From a bacterium (GTDB taxonomy: Bacteria; Sysuimicrobiota; Sysuimicrobiia; Sysuimicrobiales; Segetimicrobiaceae): DNA of 64,000 bases. This document shows, piece after piece, positions 49,746 to 59,012 of the stretch (the stretch's first letter is position 1; each line of letters begins with the position of its first letter). The notes beneath the pieces are model-generated. The model did no database searches. It was not told the DNA's origin and was given only the letters and a program-made list of their open reading frames with translations. The DNA is taken from contig DATGHU010000007.1 of NCBI GenBank assembly GCA_035307765.1, positions 28,117 to 92,116 of the forward strand, written 5' to 3'. A program made the position numbers and the translations under genes.

Positions 49746-51059
49746 ATGCCCCAGGAAGGTGGCGCACCCCGACAGATCCTCAGCGGGGGCACCGTCGTCA
49801 CGATGAACGCGAAAGCCGAGGTGTTCGCGCCGGGAACCGTCGTGATCGAAGGGGACCGGATCGCGCAGGTGATCGCCGGAACGGCAACCCAGCGCCCCGG
49901 CGATATCCTGGTGGACTGCCGGCATCACCTGGTGATGCCGGGACTGATCAACGCCCACACCCACACATGCATGGCCCTGTTCCGCGGGCTGGCGGAGGAT
50001 CTCCCCCGCGACGCGTGGACGCGCTCCGCGTACACCCTCCCCCACCAGGACCGCGCCCGTCCGGACGACTATTATTGGGGCACGCTGCTCGGCGGCCTGG
50101 AAATGCTTCTCAACGGCGTCACGACGGCGGCCGATCGTTTTGGCCACATGGCGACGATCGCCGAGGGGTTCGACATTTTGGGCATGCGGGCCGTCCTCTG
50201 CCATACCGTCTACGACGTCGATCGAGCGCTCGAACTCGACCCGGCGCTCGCTCTGGTCGAACGGTGGGGCACCGATCCCGCCCGTCGGATCCACTGCGGC
50301 CTCGGCCCGCACGCGCCGGACACATGCTCCGACGCGCTGCTGCGGCGGATCCGGGCGCTGGCACACGAGACAAGGGCCCGAATCTTCATCCACTGCGCCC
50401 AATCAGAAGCGGAGCTCTCCGCGGTCCGCGCACGTGGCTACGCGGGCGCCGTCCGCTGCCTTCACGAGAACGGCGTGCTGGGCCCCGACGTCGTCGCGGC
50501 ACACTGCCTCTATATTGATGCGGAGGAGATCCGGCTGCTCGCGGACACCGCCACTTGGGTCGCCCACTGCCCGGCCAGCAACGCCAAGATCGAAGCGCGC
50601 GTCGCGCCGACGGCCGCGATGGTGCGGGCCGGGGTCCGGATGGCGCTGGGCACCGACTGGGCCCCCACCAACAACGGAATGGACCTCTTCGATGAAATGA
50701 AGACCGCCGGCTTGCTCGGCAAAGTGGGGGCCGACGATCCCACCGCGGTCCCGGTGGATCGGCTGCTCAGGATGGCGACGATCGATGGCGCCCGGGCCCT
50801 CGGGATCGAGGCGCAGACCGGCAGCCTCGAGCCCGGCAAGCGCGCGGATCTGATCGCGATCGCGATGGAAGCTGCCCACCTGCAGCCGTGGCACAACATC
50901 GCCGCGACGCTCGTGTACTCGGCAAAGGGCCACGACGTCCGGCACGTGTGGGTGGATGGCCGGCGGCTCATCCGAGACCGCCAGCCGATCCACCTTGACG
51001 TGACCGAACTGCTCACCCAAACGGCGAAGATCTGGCGCCGCCTGCGGTCTGAGGCCTGA
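49746..51059 (+). CDS. Amidohydrolase, TRZ/ATZ-MtaD family (putative MTA/SAH/deoxyadenosine deaminase)
   Basis: MPGLINAHTHTCMALFRGLAEDLP, HCAQSEAE, metal-ligand His/Asp pattern; ATG 49746 with AGGAG SD. Confidence 0.85.
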   Translation: MPQEGGAPRQILSGGTVVTMNAKAEVFAPGTVVIEGDRIAQVIAGTATQRPGDILVDCRHHLVMPGLINAHTHTCMALFRGLAEDLPRDAWTRSAYTLPHQDRARPDDYYWGTLLGGLEMLLNGVTTAADRFGHMATIAEGFDILGMRAVLCHTVYDVDRALELDPALALVERWGTDPARRIHCGLGPHAPDTCSDALLRRIRALAHETRARIFIHCAQSEAELSAVRARGYAGAVRCLHENGVLGPDVVAAHCLYIDAEEIRLLADTATWVAHCPASNAKIEARVAPTAAMVRAGVRMALGTDWAPTNNGMDLFDEMKTAGLLGKVGADDPTAVPVDRLLRMATIDGARALGIEAQTGSLEPGKRADLIAIAMEAAHLQPWHNIAATLVYSAKGHDVRHVWVDGRRLIRDRQPIHLDVTELLTQTAKIWRRLRSEA

Positions 51060-51089
51060 CCGCCCCCTCGATTGCCGCGCCGACGCGCG

Positions 51090-52142
51090 TCACACCTTGG
51101 GTGTCTTGGCCATCTCCACGATCTCGTCCGTCATCACATCTGACGCAGCGACCGCGGTTGGAATTTGCTTGAGGCCGTAGTAGGTGTCGCTGATCGCGGT
51201 CCACACCTTCGGCTCCATGTATCCCCACCCATGCTGCTTCGTGAGCGGCGAGGTCATGTACGGGATCTCGTTCTTCCATGTTTGGAGCTCCAGCGTGCGG
51301 TCGAGGCCGGTGGTCTGCTTCATCACGAAATCCACCGCCTCGTCCGGGTGCTCGGCCGCGTAGATCCACCCCCGGGCGCTGGCGGAGAGGAACCGGGCGA
51401 GCACATCCTTCCGCTCGCTCAGCACTCGATCCGTCGTGAAGTAGGTGTAGGCGTACAGCTTGATCCCGAGATCCCACAGAGGGAAATAGCTGAAGCTCCC
51501 CGCTTGCCGCACCGCCTCGATCTGAGGCGCATCGATGATCCAGCCGGTGATAACGTCCACTTGCCCGGTGACCAGGGGGTGGGTGTCTCCGCCGACGAAG
51601 AGCACCTTCACCTTATCGCTCGGGATCTGGTACTTGGCGAGGACGGCCTCCAAGAGCGGCCGCGCGGTCGCTTGGATGCCGATCGTCTTGCCGATGAAGT
51701 CGTGCGGGGTGTGGATCCCGGACTTCGTCATAAAGATGAACGCGAACGGGTGCTTCTGCAGCACGGTGCCGAACGCCTTGACGGGCAACCCGTGGCTCCT
51801 CGCCGTCACGAGGACCGCCACCGAGGAGGCGTTCCCCATCGGAATCCGGCCCCCGGCAACGATCTGCACCGCGTCGATGTTAGGCCCCCCGGGCTGGATC
51901 TTGAGGTCGATGTCCGCCTCTTTGAAGTATCCCTTGCCAACCGCCACAAAGTCGCCCGCCATCTGCGCGTTGGCCAGCCAGCCGAGCTGCTCGGAGAGAC
52001 CGGTCATGCCCTGCGCACTCGCGGGGGGGAGCAATCCCGGAAGTTGTCCTCCGGCCCACCCGAGAGCGACCGCAGCTCCTCCCTTGATCAGACCCCGCCT
52101 GCTGAACGGATGCGTGAACAGTGTGATCCGATCATCCCCCAT
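51090..52142 (-). CDS. NMT1/THI5-SsuA-like ABC transporter substrate-binding protein with Tat signal (orphan, no permease adjacent)
   Basis: SRRGLIKGGAAVALG twin-Arg signal; periplasmic binding-protein fold motifs; ATG 52142 with GGAGGTGAGGGG SD. Confidence 0.8.
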   Translation of the reverse strand: MGDDRITLFTHPFSRRGLIKGGAAVALGWAGGQLPGLLPPASAQGMTGLSEQLGWLANAQMAGDFVAVGKGYFKEADIDLKIQPGGPNIDAVQIVAGGRIPMGNASSVAVLVTARSHGLPVKAFGTVLQKHPFAFIFMTKSGIHTPHDFIGKTIGIQATARPLLEAVLAKYQIPSDKVKVLFVGGDTHPLVTGQVDVITGWIIDAPQIEAVRQAGSFSYFPLWDLGIKLYAYTYFTTDRVLSERKDVLARFLSASARGWIYAAEHPDEAVDFVMKQTTGLDRTLELQTWKNEIPYMTSPLTKQHGWGYMEPKVWTAISDTYYGLKQIPTAVAASDVMTDEIVEMAKTPKV

Positions 52143-52529
52143 CCCCTCACCTCCGTCCCGTCCTCTTCCCACATCCAGCCGTGCAATCCCCACGGCTCTT
52201 TCGCACGACACGCCCAGCCGCACACGCTCCGTCGAATCGGGCGATGAGAACCACCTCGACGCGCCGCTCGGAGCGGATCCCGCCTGACGCGACCGGAGGT
52301 GGGTGACGGCTTCTTGATAAGTCCGTTCGCTATTGGAGGATCAAGAGCCTTGTTTTCTCGAGCCCGCTGCGCTGATCCGCCGGCGAGAAATGTCCCACCG
52401 GAGCGAGCCGGGGAATGAAGCCCCTCGGGATTATCGAGAACTGCGGGCGCGGCCGTCCGTGCATGCTCGGGGGCAAACCGAGAAGGAGGAGATCTCCCTA
52501 CCTTCGCGCTCGGGATCGAGGAAGTTGTG

Positions 52530-52928
52530 TTACTTCAGGGTCTTCATGTAGGCGATGAGTTTATTCACATCCGCCGGAGAGAGCATCGTCCACCGTGGCA
52601 TCATTGGGTGGAGGGGCTTGCCCTCTTCGTCAAGTCCTTCCACTATCGCCGCACGCGCTTTTTTATCAAAGTCCTTGGCATATGCTTTCGACAATTCGGA
52701 ATAGGTGATCGCGGGGACCTCGATCGTCTGCCCTTTGCGCGTGAACTTATGTCCAGCCCCCGTCATGCCATGACAGGACGCGCAGGCTAAGGTGAACAAC
52801 TGCTGACCGGACAGATTCGTCGTCATCATGGAGGTTGCTCCGGTCACCGGGGAAGATGGCCCCCCAATCAAGGCCAACACCAGTACACCGGGGACGATCC
52901 AAAGCGCCAGCCACAGTTTGAGAGACAT
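52530..52928 (-). CDS. Monoheme cytochrome c (signal peptide, CASCHG)
   Basis: CxxCH heme motif; ATG 52928 with GGGAGGTGGGA SD. Confidence 0.75.
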   Translation of the reverse strand: MSLKLWLALWIVPGVLVLALIGGPSSPVTGATSMMTTNLSGQQLFTLACASCHGMTGAGHKFTRKGQTIEVPAITYSELSKAYAKDFDKKARAAIVEGLDEEGKPLHPMMPRWTMLSPADVNKLIAYMKTLK

Positions 52929-53085
52929 GGCCAATCCCACCTCCCACTTGCCTTTTGCTCCGGCGGGCCTCCCATTCTCGACCTTCCACCCAGATGTTGC
53001 CCACCTTGTGCGCTCACCGAGTGCACGGTGATTAGCAAAATCGGACACCGCGCCCGGAGTCAGCTTTCGGAAACGCTTGATAATT

Positions 53086-53161
53086 TGGCGCGCCCGGAGG
53101 GATTTGAACCCCCGACCTACGGCTCCGGAGGCCGACGCTCTATCCGCTGAGCTACGGGCGC
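53086..53161 (-). tRNA. tRNA-Arg (anticodon CCG), CCA encoded
   Basis: Manual cloverleaf: 7-bp acceptor, D arm GCUC/GAGC, anticodon loop CUCCGGA, T arm GGGGG/UUCAAAU/CCCUC, discriminator G. Confidence 0.85.
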
Positions 53162-53170
53162 GTCGTCCCT

Positions 53171-53176
53171 ATTATA
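53171..53176 (-). promoter_or_regulatory. Perfect TATAAT -10 box 9 nt upstream of tRNA-Arg 5' end
   Basis: Seen directly; no convincing -35 (region abuts IS insertion). Confidence 0.4.
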
Positions 53177-53215
53177 ACAAAGGAAGCGAAAGAGAGTCGG
53201 CCCACCCCGAAGTGA

Positions 53216-53243
53216 GGTAGTGTACAGTGCTTTGTGTAAAAGG
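53216..53243 (+). repeat. IS left terminal inverted repeat
   Basis: See mobile element. Confidence 0.6.
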
Positions 53244-53317
53244 CAGGGCTCCGATGAGAGAGGGCGTATCCCCAACCCCAAACCTAGGGCCAACCAAGTC
53301 AAGGGAGGGATACGCCC

Positions 53318-54304
53318 ATGGCCAGTGTACGACCACTGACCGATCTTACCGTAGCCGATCTGTGGAGGGAGGTCAAGGATCCGGCCACCCTGTGGGGCGG
53401 CGTCTCGCAGCAAACGCTGCGGACGGTCAAGCTCCTGTTGGAGAACCGCATGCATGACGAGCTGCACGCCTATCTCCATGCCGGCCGGTATGTCCGCGAC
53501 CATGGCCGCGTCGGCTACCGGAATGGGGTCTACCGCCGGCACCTCACCACGACCTGGGGCACCATCCCAGATCTCCAGATCCCCCGGGCGCGGGATGCGG
53601 GTTTCCAGCCCTCCGTGGTGGCGCGCTACCAACCGCGCACGGACCAGGTGAATCGCCTCGTCCACGCCGTCTTCCTCGGTGGCCTCAGTACCCGCCGGGT
53701 GGGCCCGATCCTGGCCCCCCTCCTGGGCGATACGGTCAGTCCCGCCACCGTGTCGAAGATCACCCAGGCCCTCGATCAGGCCGTGGCGGCTTTTCATGTC
53801 CGTCGCCTCGCCGATCACTACCGCTATCTCTTCCTCGATGCGGTCACGCTCCGCGTCAAAACCCCCGATGGCACCCGGCGGCGCCATGCCCTCGTCGCCT
53901 ACGGTCTCACCGCTACCGGCCGCCGCGAACTCCTCGACTACCGCCTCGTCCGGCAAGAATGCCAGGCCACCTGGGAGCCCTTCCTCATCAATCTCGCCTG
54001 CCAGGGCCTCACCGGCGCGGCGCTGCGCTTGATCACGACCGACGGCCATGCCAGCTTGCACGCCGCCCTCCCCCTCGTCTATCCGCAGGTCCCGCGCCAA
54101 GCCTGCTGGGTCCACGTCCTGCGCAACGTGCGGACCACGAACGCGATTGAACGGGCCTTCCGCGAGGTCCGCCGGCGCACCCGCCCCATGTCCTGCTTCA
54201 CGAATACGGCCAGTTGCGATCGCATCATGTTTGCCGTGATCTGGGCGTTCAATCAACATGCCGCGGGGCGTCCTCTCTCGTGGGAATCTACACAAAAACC
54301 TTGA
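53318..54304 (+). CDS. IS256-family (Mutator-like DDE) transposase, apparently internally deleted (about 70 aa missing between HxxRN and C-terminal E motif)
   Basis: Aligns from memory to IS256 Tnp N-terminus through QACWVHVLRNV then directly to TTNAIERAFREVRRR; 328 aa vs about 390 aa. Confidence 0.8.
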   Translation: MASVRPLTDLTVADLWREVKDPATLWGGVSQQTLRTVKLLLENRMHDELHAYLHAGRYVRDHGRVGYRNGVYRRHLTTTWGTIPDLQIPRARDAGFQPSVVARYQPRTDQVNRLVHAVFLGGLSTRRVGPILAPLLGDTVSPATVSKITQALDQAVAAFHVRRLADHYRYLFLDAVTLRVKTPDGTRRRHALVAYGLTATGRRELLDYRLVRQECQATWEPFLINLACQGLTGAALRLITTDGHASLHAALPLVYPQVPRQACWVHVLRNVRTTNAIERAFREVRRRTRPMSCFTNTASCDRIMFAVIWAFNQHAAGRPLSWESTQKP

Positions 54305-54311
54305 CACTACC
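54284..54311 (-). repeat. IS right terminal inverted repeat
   Basis: See mobile element. Confidence 0.6.
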
Positions 54312-54355
54312 CGAAGTGATGCCCATCCCGGGAGGGTGAGGGAATGCCGGAGAGG

Positions 54356-55372
54356 TCATGATTGCTGTGGGAACGCCGGGGGCGGGGGAACCGACCGCGA
54401 CCGGCGCCCCTCCAGTATCGCCAGGAACACCGACCCAAGCCCCCAGGTCGACACCGCGAGTACCAACAGCCATCCTAGACGGGGAATGCTGAACGCGACG
54501 GCGAGGATCACGGCCCCGATCACCACCTCGTGGGCCACGTCCGACCGCCGAACGCGCTGACCGATGAGGAGGGCGACCGCGGTCGTTCCGAGTTGCAGAG
54601 CGACGAGGACCGCCACCGGCACCAGGAACGCCACGGTCAGCCCGATCACGCTGATCACCAAGATAAGGGCCAGCATCGCCGCGATCGGCCATCCCAGGAG
54701 CCCGATCCCAAACGTTCCGAGTGGGTCCCTCTCCATCACCTTTGCCAGGCGGGCCGTGAGCCCGGGGAACAGGATGGCGACGAGCCAGGCCGATCCCACA
54801 AAGGTGGCCAATGCGCCAAGGTAAAGGAGCGAGAGAAATGACTTCAGCGCGAGGATCGAGCCCGCCGACCCCCACGGCCAGGGGGACCACGGACCGGGAG
54901 CGGGAAACGGATGGACCCACGGCGGCGGGAGGGGAAACGCGCGGGGCCCAGGCGACGGCAGCGGCGGCAGTTGGGGCAGCGGCCCCGCCTGCGGCTGAGC
55001 CCCTCCAACAGAGGCGCCCGGTTCCTGCTCGACCGTTCCGCCGATCGCCCGAGCCTGCCCGTCGACTACCGCCCCGGAATGAAGGATCACGTTGCCCCCG
55101 AGGGCGCGGACTGATCCTTCGATGTGCCCGGTGACCTCGACGCTTCCCCCAAGAGCGGCCGCATCGCCTTCAACCGTACCGTCGATGGTCGCCGTCCCCC
55201 CCACCGCAATCGCGTCTCCGCGCACGATCGTCCCCGCGGGCACCTGGAGATCGCCGACCCGGAGAAGCAGCTCCGCCGCTCCCGCCGGTCGGGAACCGGC
55301 GAGGAGTGCGGTTGCGGAGATGAGCACGGCATATGCGACCGCCCTCCTCATTGCTGCGCAATGTTTGCACAT
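54356..55372 (-). CDS. Exported bactofilin-like (polymer-forming cytoskeletal repeat) protein with Pro-rich linker and C-terminal 4-TM anchor
   Basis: Signal peptide; repeated G-x-V/I-x-G-D/G-x-x-x-x-G-G beta-helix-like repeats; PLPQLPPLPSPGP linker; hydrophobic C-terminus; start ATG 55372 (SD GGTGGA) preferred over 55387. Confidence 0.55.
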   Translation of the reverse strand: MCKHCAAMRRAVAYAVLISATALLAGSRPAGAAELLLRVGDLQVPAGTIVRGDAIAVGGTATIDGTVEGDAAALGGSVEVTGHIEGSVRALGGNVILHSGAVVDGQARAIGGTVEQEPGASVGGAQPQAGPLPQLPPLPSPGPRAFPLPPPWVHPFPAPGPWSPWPWGSAGSILALKSFLSLLYLGALATFVGSAWLVAILFPGLTARLAKVMERDPLGTFGIGLLGWPIAAMLALILVISVIGLTVAFLVPVAVLVALQLGTTAVALLIGQRVRRSDVAHEVVIGAVILAVAFSIPRLGWLLVLAVSTWGLGSVFLAILEGRRSRSVPPPPAFPQQS

Positions 55373-55458
55373 CGTATCCACCGACACGTCCCCCTCCGCT
55401 CGTTCAACAGCAGGAATTCACCCCCCATCGCGGAATTAGACCGGCGCAAGGGGGGAAT

Positions 55459-56091
55459 ATGCCTCGAGTCGCGGCGATCATACCGGCGTTCAATGAGGAA
55501 CGAACCATCGGGGACGTCGTCGGCGCGGCGAGGCGATGCCGGCTGGTCGACGATGTGATCGTCGTCAGCGATGGTTCCCGGGATTCGACGGTGTTGGCCG
55601 CCCGTCGGCACGGCGCCCGGGTGATCGAACTCTCTGAGAACCTGGGGAAGGGTGGCGCGATCGCCGCCGGGCTCGGAGCGACCCACGCGCAATTTATCGT
55701 CCTCCTGGACGGCGATCTCGTCGGACTGACCACCCAGCACGTGGAAGACCTCTTGCGACCTGTGCTCAGCGGGGCCGCGGAAGTTAGCATCGGCCAGATT
55801 AAGCGCGACCTGATGCAGACGCTGTTTCCAAATTTCTCGGGTCAGCGGGCTCTGCGCCGTGAAGTCCTCGAGGCCATTCCCGATCTCGAGAACACGGGCT
55901 TCGGCATTGAGGCCGTTCTGAGTAGGCACCTGAAATCGTCGGGCCTGCGTGCGTGCACCGTATCGCTGGGCCATCTCACCCACGTCCCCAAACAAGAAAA
56001 ACACGGACTGTTTCGCGGTTACGTCGGCAAATTGAAAGCCACATGGCAGATCGCCAAATGGAGCGGCCGCAACGGCCGCGCCAAAGCCTGA
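55459..56091 (+). CDS. Glycosyltransferase family 2 (short, about 210 aa)
   Basis: IIPAFNEE...VVSDGSRD...LLDGD GT-A fold motifs; ATG 55459 with AAGGGGGG SD. Confidence 0.8.
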   Translation: MPRVAAIIPAFNEERTIGDVVGAARRCRLVDDVIVVSDGSRDSTVLAARRHGARVIELSENLGKGGAIAAGLGATHAQFIVLLDGDLVGLTTQHVEDLLRPVLSGAAEVSIGQIKRDLMQTLFPNFSGQRALRREVLEAIPDLENTGFGIEAVLSRHLKSSGLRACTVSLGHLTHVPKQEKHGLFRGYVGKLKATWQIAKWSGRNGRAKA

Positions 56092-56098
56092 TCCCGCT

Positions 56099-56821
56099 TC
56101 ACGGGGCGACCACCCGCACGCGCTCCCCCAACCTCGGTACCAGCACGGACCGGTCCTGCTCCGCGCAGTAGTCGAGGTCACCCGGGAGGTCGATCGCAAT
56201 CACGTTCTGCCCTGCCCGGGTTTGCCGAAAGACCATCGCGGCATCCGCATTGCTTTGATAGAGCGCGTGCGCCGCACGCGCCGCGTCCGTCAGGTCAATC
56301 GGGCCGTGGGCGCTCGGGATCGCTACCGCCGCGTCGACAATCGCCCCCGCGGTGTAGGCATCGTCAAGACTGAATCGGCCCTCGCGCCCCGCACAGACAA
56401 GCGTGATCCCTGGACCCTCCGCCGCGGCCACCGCCTCACGGGCGGCGGCCGATCGGTTGCGCAGGCAGCCGAGCAGGACCACCGAGGCTTCGCGCGTCAG
56501 GCGGATGGCGCGGGTGCCGTTTGTCGTGGCAAACACCACCCGCCGGCCTGCGAGATCGGCGCCCGCAAACGCCGGGGGACTGTTCCCGAAGTCAAACCCC
56601 GGGGGAGCGACCCCCCCTTGTTCCCCCGCCAGGAGTACCTGCGGGTGGGCCTCACGGTATCGTCGGGCCGCCTCAACCTCGGGCGCGATCAGCACCTCCG
56701 CGCACCCCCGCTCCAGCATCGCCAGCACCGACGTCGTCGCCCGGATCACATCGATGACGACGATGGTCCGGCCGCGAACCGGCCCCACCTCCTCTGGGAG
56801 GAACGCCACGTGCAGTTCCAC
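56099..56821 (-). CDS. 2-phosphosulfolactate phosphatase family protein (ComB-like)
   Basis: 240 aa; IVVIDVIRATTSV and overall ComB family pattern. Confidence 0.75.
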   Translation of the reverse strand: MELHVAFLPEEVGPVRGRTIVVIDVIRATTSVLAMLERGCAEVLIAPEVEAARRYREAHPQVLLAGEQGGVAPPGFDFGNSPPAFAGADLAGRRVVFATTNGTRAIRLTREASVVLLGCLRNRSAAAREAVAAAEGPGITLVCAGREGRFSLDDAYTAGAIVDAAVAIPSAHGPIDLTDAARAAHALYQSNADAAMVFRQTRAGQNVIAIDLPGDLDYCAEQDRSVLVPRLGERVRVVAP

Positions 56822-56827
56822 AGGATC

Positions 56828-57970
56828 CTAGAACTTCCTATAGTAGGGAGTCGCCGCCAGCGCCTCAGCGAGGCGAGCCCGAACCGTCTCCGCAAGGCCC
56901 TTCGGCGTCCCCTTGGCGTAGGCGACGTCCTCGGGTGTGACCTCGAATAGCCGCGTCTGTCCTCCGATCACCGACCACCGGTCCAGCAGAGCCACCGCCC
57001 GCACGTCGTACGGCTCGGGGTCGGTGTTGAAGAACGCGTTCAGCCCGGCCATGAGCGTCTGGGCCCGCTCGGCCGGGTCCTGCCCGTTCACCGTCGCTCC
57101 CAGCTGAATGATCGGCCGCCCGTCGACGAGCACCGTCACCGGCTGCCCGGCGGCAGGGGTCGCGGGCGCGAGCGCAAGCCTGAGGTAGCCCTCGGGGATC
57201 CGTCGAACGATCGGGATGCCGCGGGACTTGAGATCCTGCTCGACGTAGACGACCCGCTCATCCGGTTTCGGGTGGTCGTAGAAAACCAGGCTCACATCCG
57301 GCTGTCCCGTCAGTTTGTCCACCTGAGCGAGGTGTTCCAGCAGGGTCAGCATCGCCACCGGGGAGTAGCTCGTCTTAACGAGGTAGGAAATCCCGGTAAG
57401 ATCGGCTTCCTTCTCAAGATCCCGCTGATAGTCGGACATCGCGCCCTGAACGGCGAGCTGCGCGCCGGCGAGCGGCACCGCCGATCTGGCGAGCACGGAA
57501 AGGGCCGCCGCAACGACCATCGCCGGGATGGCCCGCTTCTGACGCGCCTCCTGAATATAGTAGTGGCGGTGCGCGACGTGGGTCAGTTCGTGGGCCAGGA
57601 CCGCGGCGAGTTCGTCGTCCGATCGGACGAACTTCATCATTCCCTTGGTGACGTAGACATACCCTCCGGGGAGGCTGAGCGCGTTTGGCCCCGGGATATC
57701 GAGGATCTTGAAGTGGTACGTCAGGTCCTGGCGATCCACCGCCCGGACCAGAGCGGCGGAGACCCGGTTGACCCGCTCGACCATCTCCGGGTCGGTCACC
57801 ACCCGGTAGTGGGACTCGATTTCCTTGGCGATTTGGGCGCCGAGCTTGACTTCATCGCTGGTCTGGTCGGCGCGCACAGCGGCGGGCCAGACGAGGGCGC
57901 ACAACGCCACTCCCACGACGGCCACCCCGATCCGATGAGTCAACTCTGAGAGATGCAGGTTTCGGAACAT
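56828..57970 (-). CDS. M48 family zinc metallopeptidase (signal peptide, HELTHVAHRH)
   Basis: HExxH plus downstream E; exported. Confidence 0.85.
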   Translation of the reverse strand: MFRNLHLSELTHRIGVAVVGVALCALVWPAAVRADQTSDEVKLGAQIAKEIESHYRVVTDPEMVERVNRVSAALVRAVDRQDLTYHFKILDIPGPNALSLPGGYVYVTKGMMKFVRSDDELAAVLAHELTHVAHRHYYIQEARQKRAIPAMVVAAALSVLARSAVPLAGAQLAVQGAMSDYQRDLEKEADLTGISYLVKTSYSPVAMLTLLEHLAQVDKLTGQPDVSLVFYDHPKPDERVVYVEQDLKSRGIPIVRRIPEGYLRLALAPATPAAGQPVTVLVDGRPIIQLGATVNGQDPAERAQTLMAGLNAFFNTDPEPYDVRAVALLDRWSVIGGQTRLFEVTPEDVAYAKGTPKGLAETVRARLAEALAATPYYRKF

Positions 57971-58235
57971 CGTTCGCCCATGCGCTCCCGGACCGACCTG
58001 CAGCTGCGCCGGGCCGATCCTGCGCCGTCTATACGAATTATATCCTCCCGGAGCACCAACCCACCACCTTCTAACGTCCGCCGCAGCGGGAGGCCTGTCT
58101 CCAACGCGTCGGCCCGGCGCGCCTTCTTCCTCAATGCCCAGGATCTCGCGAACCTAGTCCCGCCGGGGCGCTCGTCCCGGCATGCGGCGAATTCCTTCCA
58201 CAGGGAGGGCATGCCCTGAAGACCGCAGGGTGCGC

Positions 58236-59012
58236 TCACTCCTCACCGGTGAGGGCGAAGACTCGCCTGGCGTTTTGTGCGAGCGCCGCCGCGAGAGCCG
58301 TTTCCTCCATCTGACGCAGATCCGCGAGGACCCGCGCGGTGTGGAGCAAGAAGACGGGCTCGCACCGCCGCCCTCGCATGGGCTGCGGAGCCAGGTAGGG
58401 GGCATCGGTCTCCACCAAGACCCGGTCCAGGGGCACGGCCTTCGCCACATCGCGGAGCTCCGCGGACTTCGGGAAGGTGAGTGGACCGGCAAACGAGAGC
58501 GTCCATCCGGCCGCGGTGCAGCGGAGGGCCCGCTCCAGTGTTCCGCCGAAGCAGTGCAGGACGACCCGGGAGACCCCCTCTTCGACCAGGATCCGCTCGA
58601 CGTCCTCGTGTGCGTCGCGATCGTGGACGATCACGGGCAGGTTCACCTCTCGGGCCAGGCGGAGCAGGGCGCGGAAGACCTCGATCTGGGCGTTCCGAGG
58701 AACGGAGTTGCGGTAATAGTCGAGGCCGACCTCGCCGATGGCCACGACCCGGGGGTGCCGCGCCATCGCCGCGACCGCCTTCACGGTCCCGGCCGTCACA
58801 CCCTCGGCCCCTTCGGGATGGATTCCCACGGCGGCGACGACGGACGGATACCGCTCGGCCAGCACAACCGCGCGTTCACTGCTCTCCGCTGATGTTCCCG
58901 CGGACACCATCAACCCAACGCCGGCTTGAATCGCCCGCGCAACCACGGCGTCGCGATCGACGTCAAACGCCGCGGCATCCAGGTGGACGTGTGCGTCGAT
59001 CCACCCGCTCAC
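58236..59012 (-). CDS. tatD: TatD family metal-dependent hydrolase
   Basis: IDAHVHLD N-terminus, conserved His/Glu/Asp ligands. Confidence 0.9.
   Translation of the reverse strand: MSGWIDAHVHLDAAAFDVDRDAVVARAIQAGVGLMVSAGTSAESSERAVVLAERYPSVVAAVGIHPEGAEGVTAGTVKAVAAMARHPRVVAIGEVGLDYYRNSVPRNAQIEVFRALLRLAREVNLPVIVHDRDAHEDVERILVEEGVSRVVLHCFGGTLERALRCTAAGWTLSFAGPLTFPKSAELRDVAKAVPLDRVLVETDAPYLAPQPMRGRRCEPVFLLHTARVLADLRQMEETALAAALAQNARRVFALTGEE

Larger units (their letters stand above)
53216..54311 (+). mobile_element. IS256-family insertion sequence (1096 bp) with 8-bp target-site duplication CGAAGTGA
   Basis: Imperfect about 26-bp terminal IRs (GGTAGTGTACAGTGCTTTGTGTAAAA / GGTAGTGTCAAGGTTTTTGTGTAGAT, 19/25 identical) and identical 8-mers at 53208..53215 and 54312..54319. 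Confidence 0.8.

Noticed and set aside
48312-50402. 696-aa ORF-track call
   Set aside because: The M20 peptidase begins at 49466. The upstream part has artifact composition and overlaps the divergent amidohydrolase promoter/gene.
52143-52529. TPP riboswitch upstream of the NMT1-like binding protein
   Set aside because: Searched for CUGAGA and ACCUGAUCUGGAUAAUGCC-like cores on the coding strand and found none.
52928-53086. Terminator after tRNA-Arg (CACCG-N6-CGGUG and CCGGGCGCGG hairpins)
   Set aside because: The stems are short and lack a proper U-tract, so this is not convincing.
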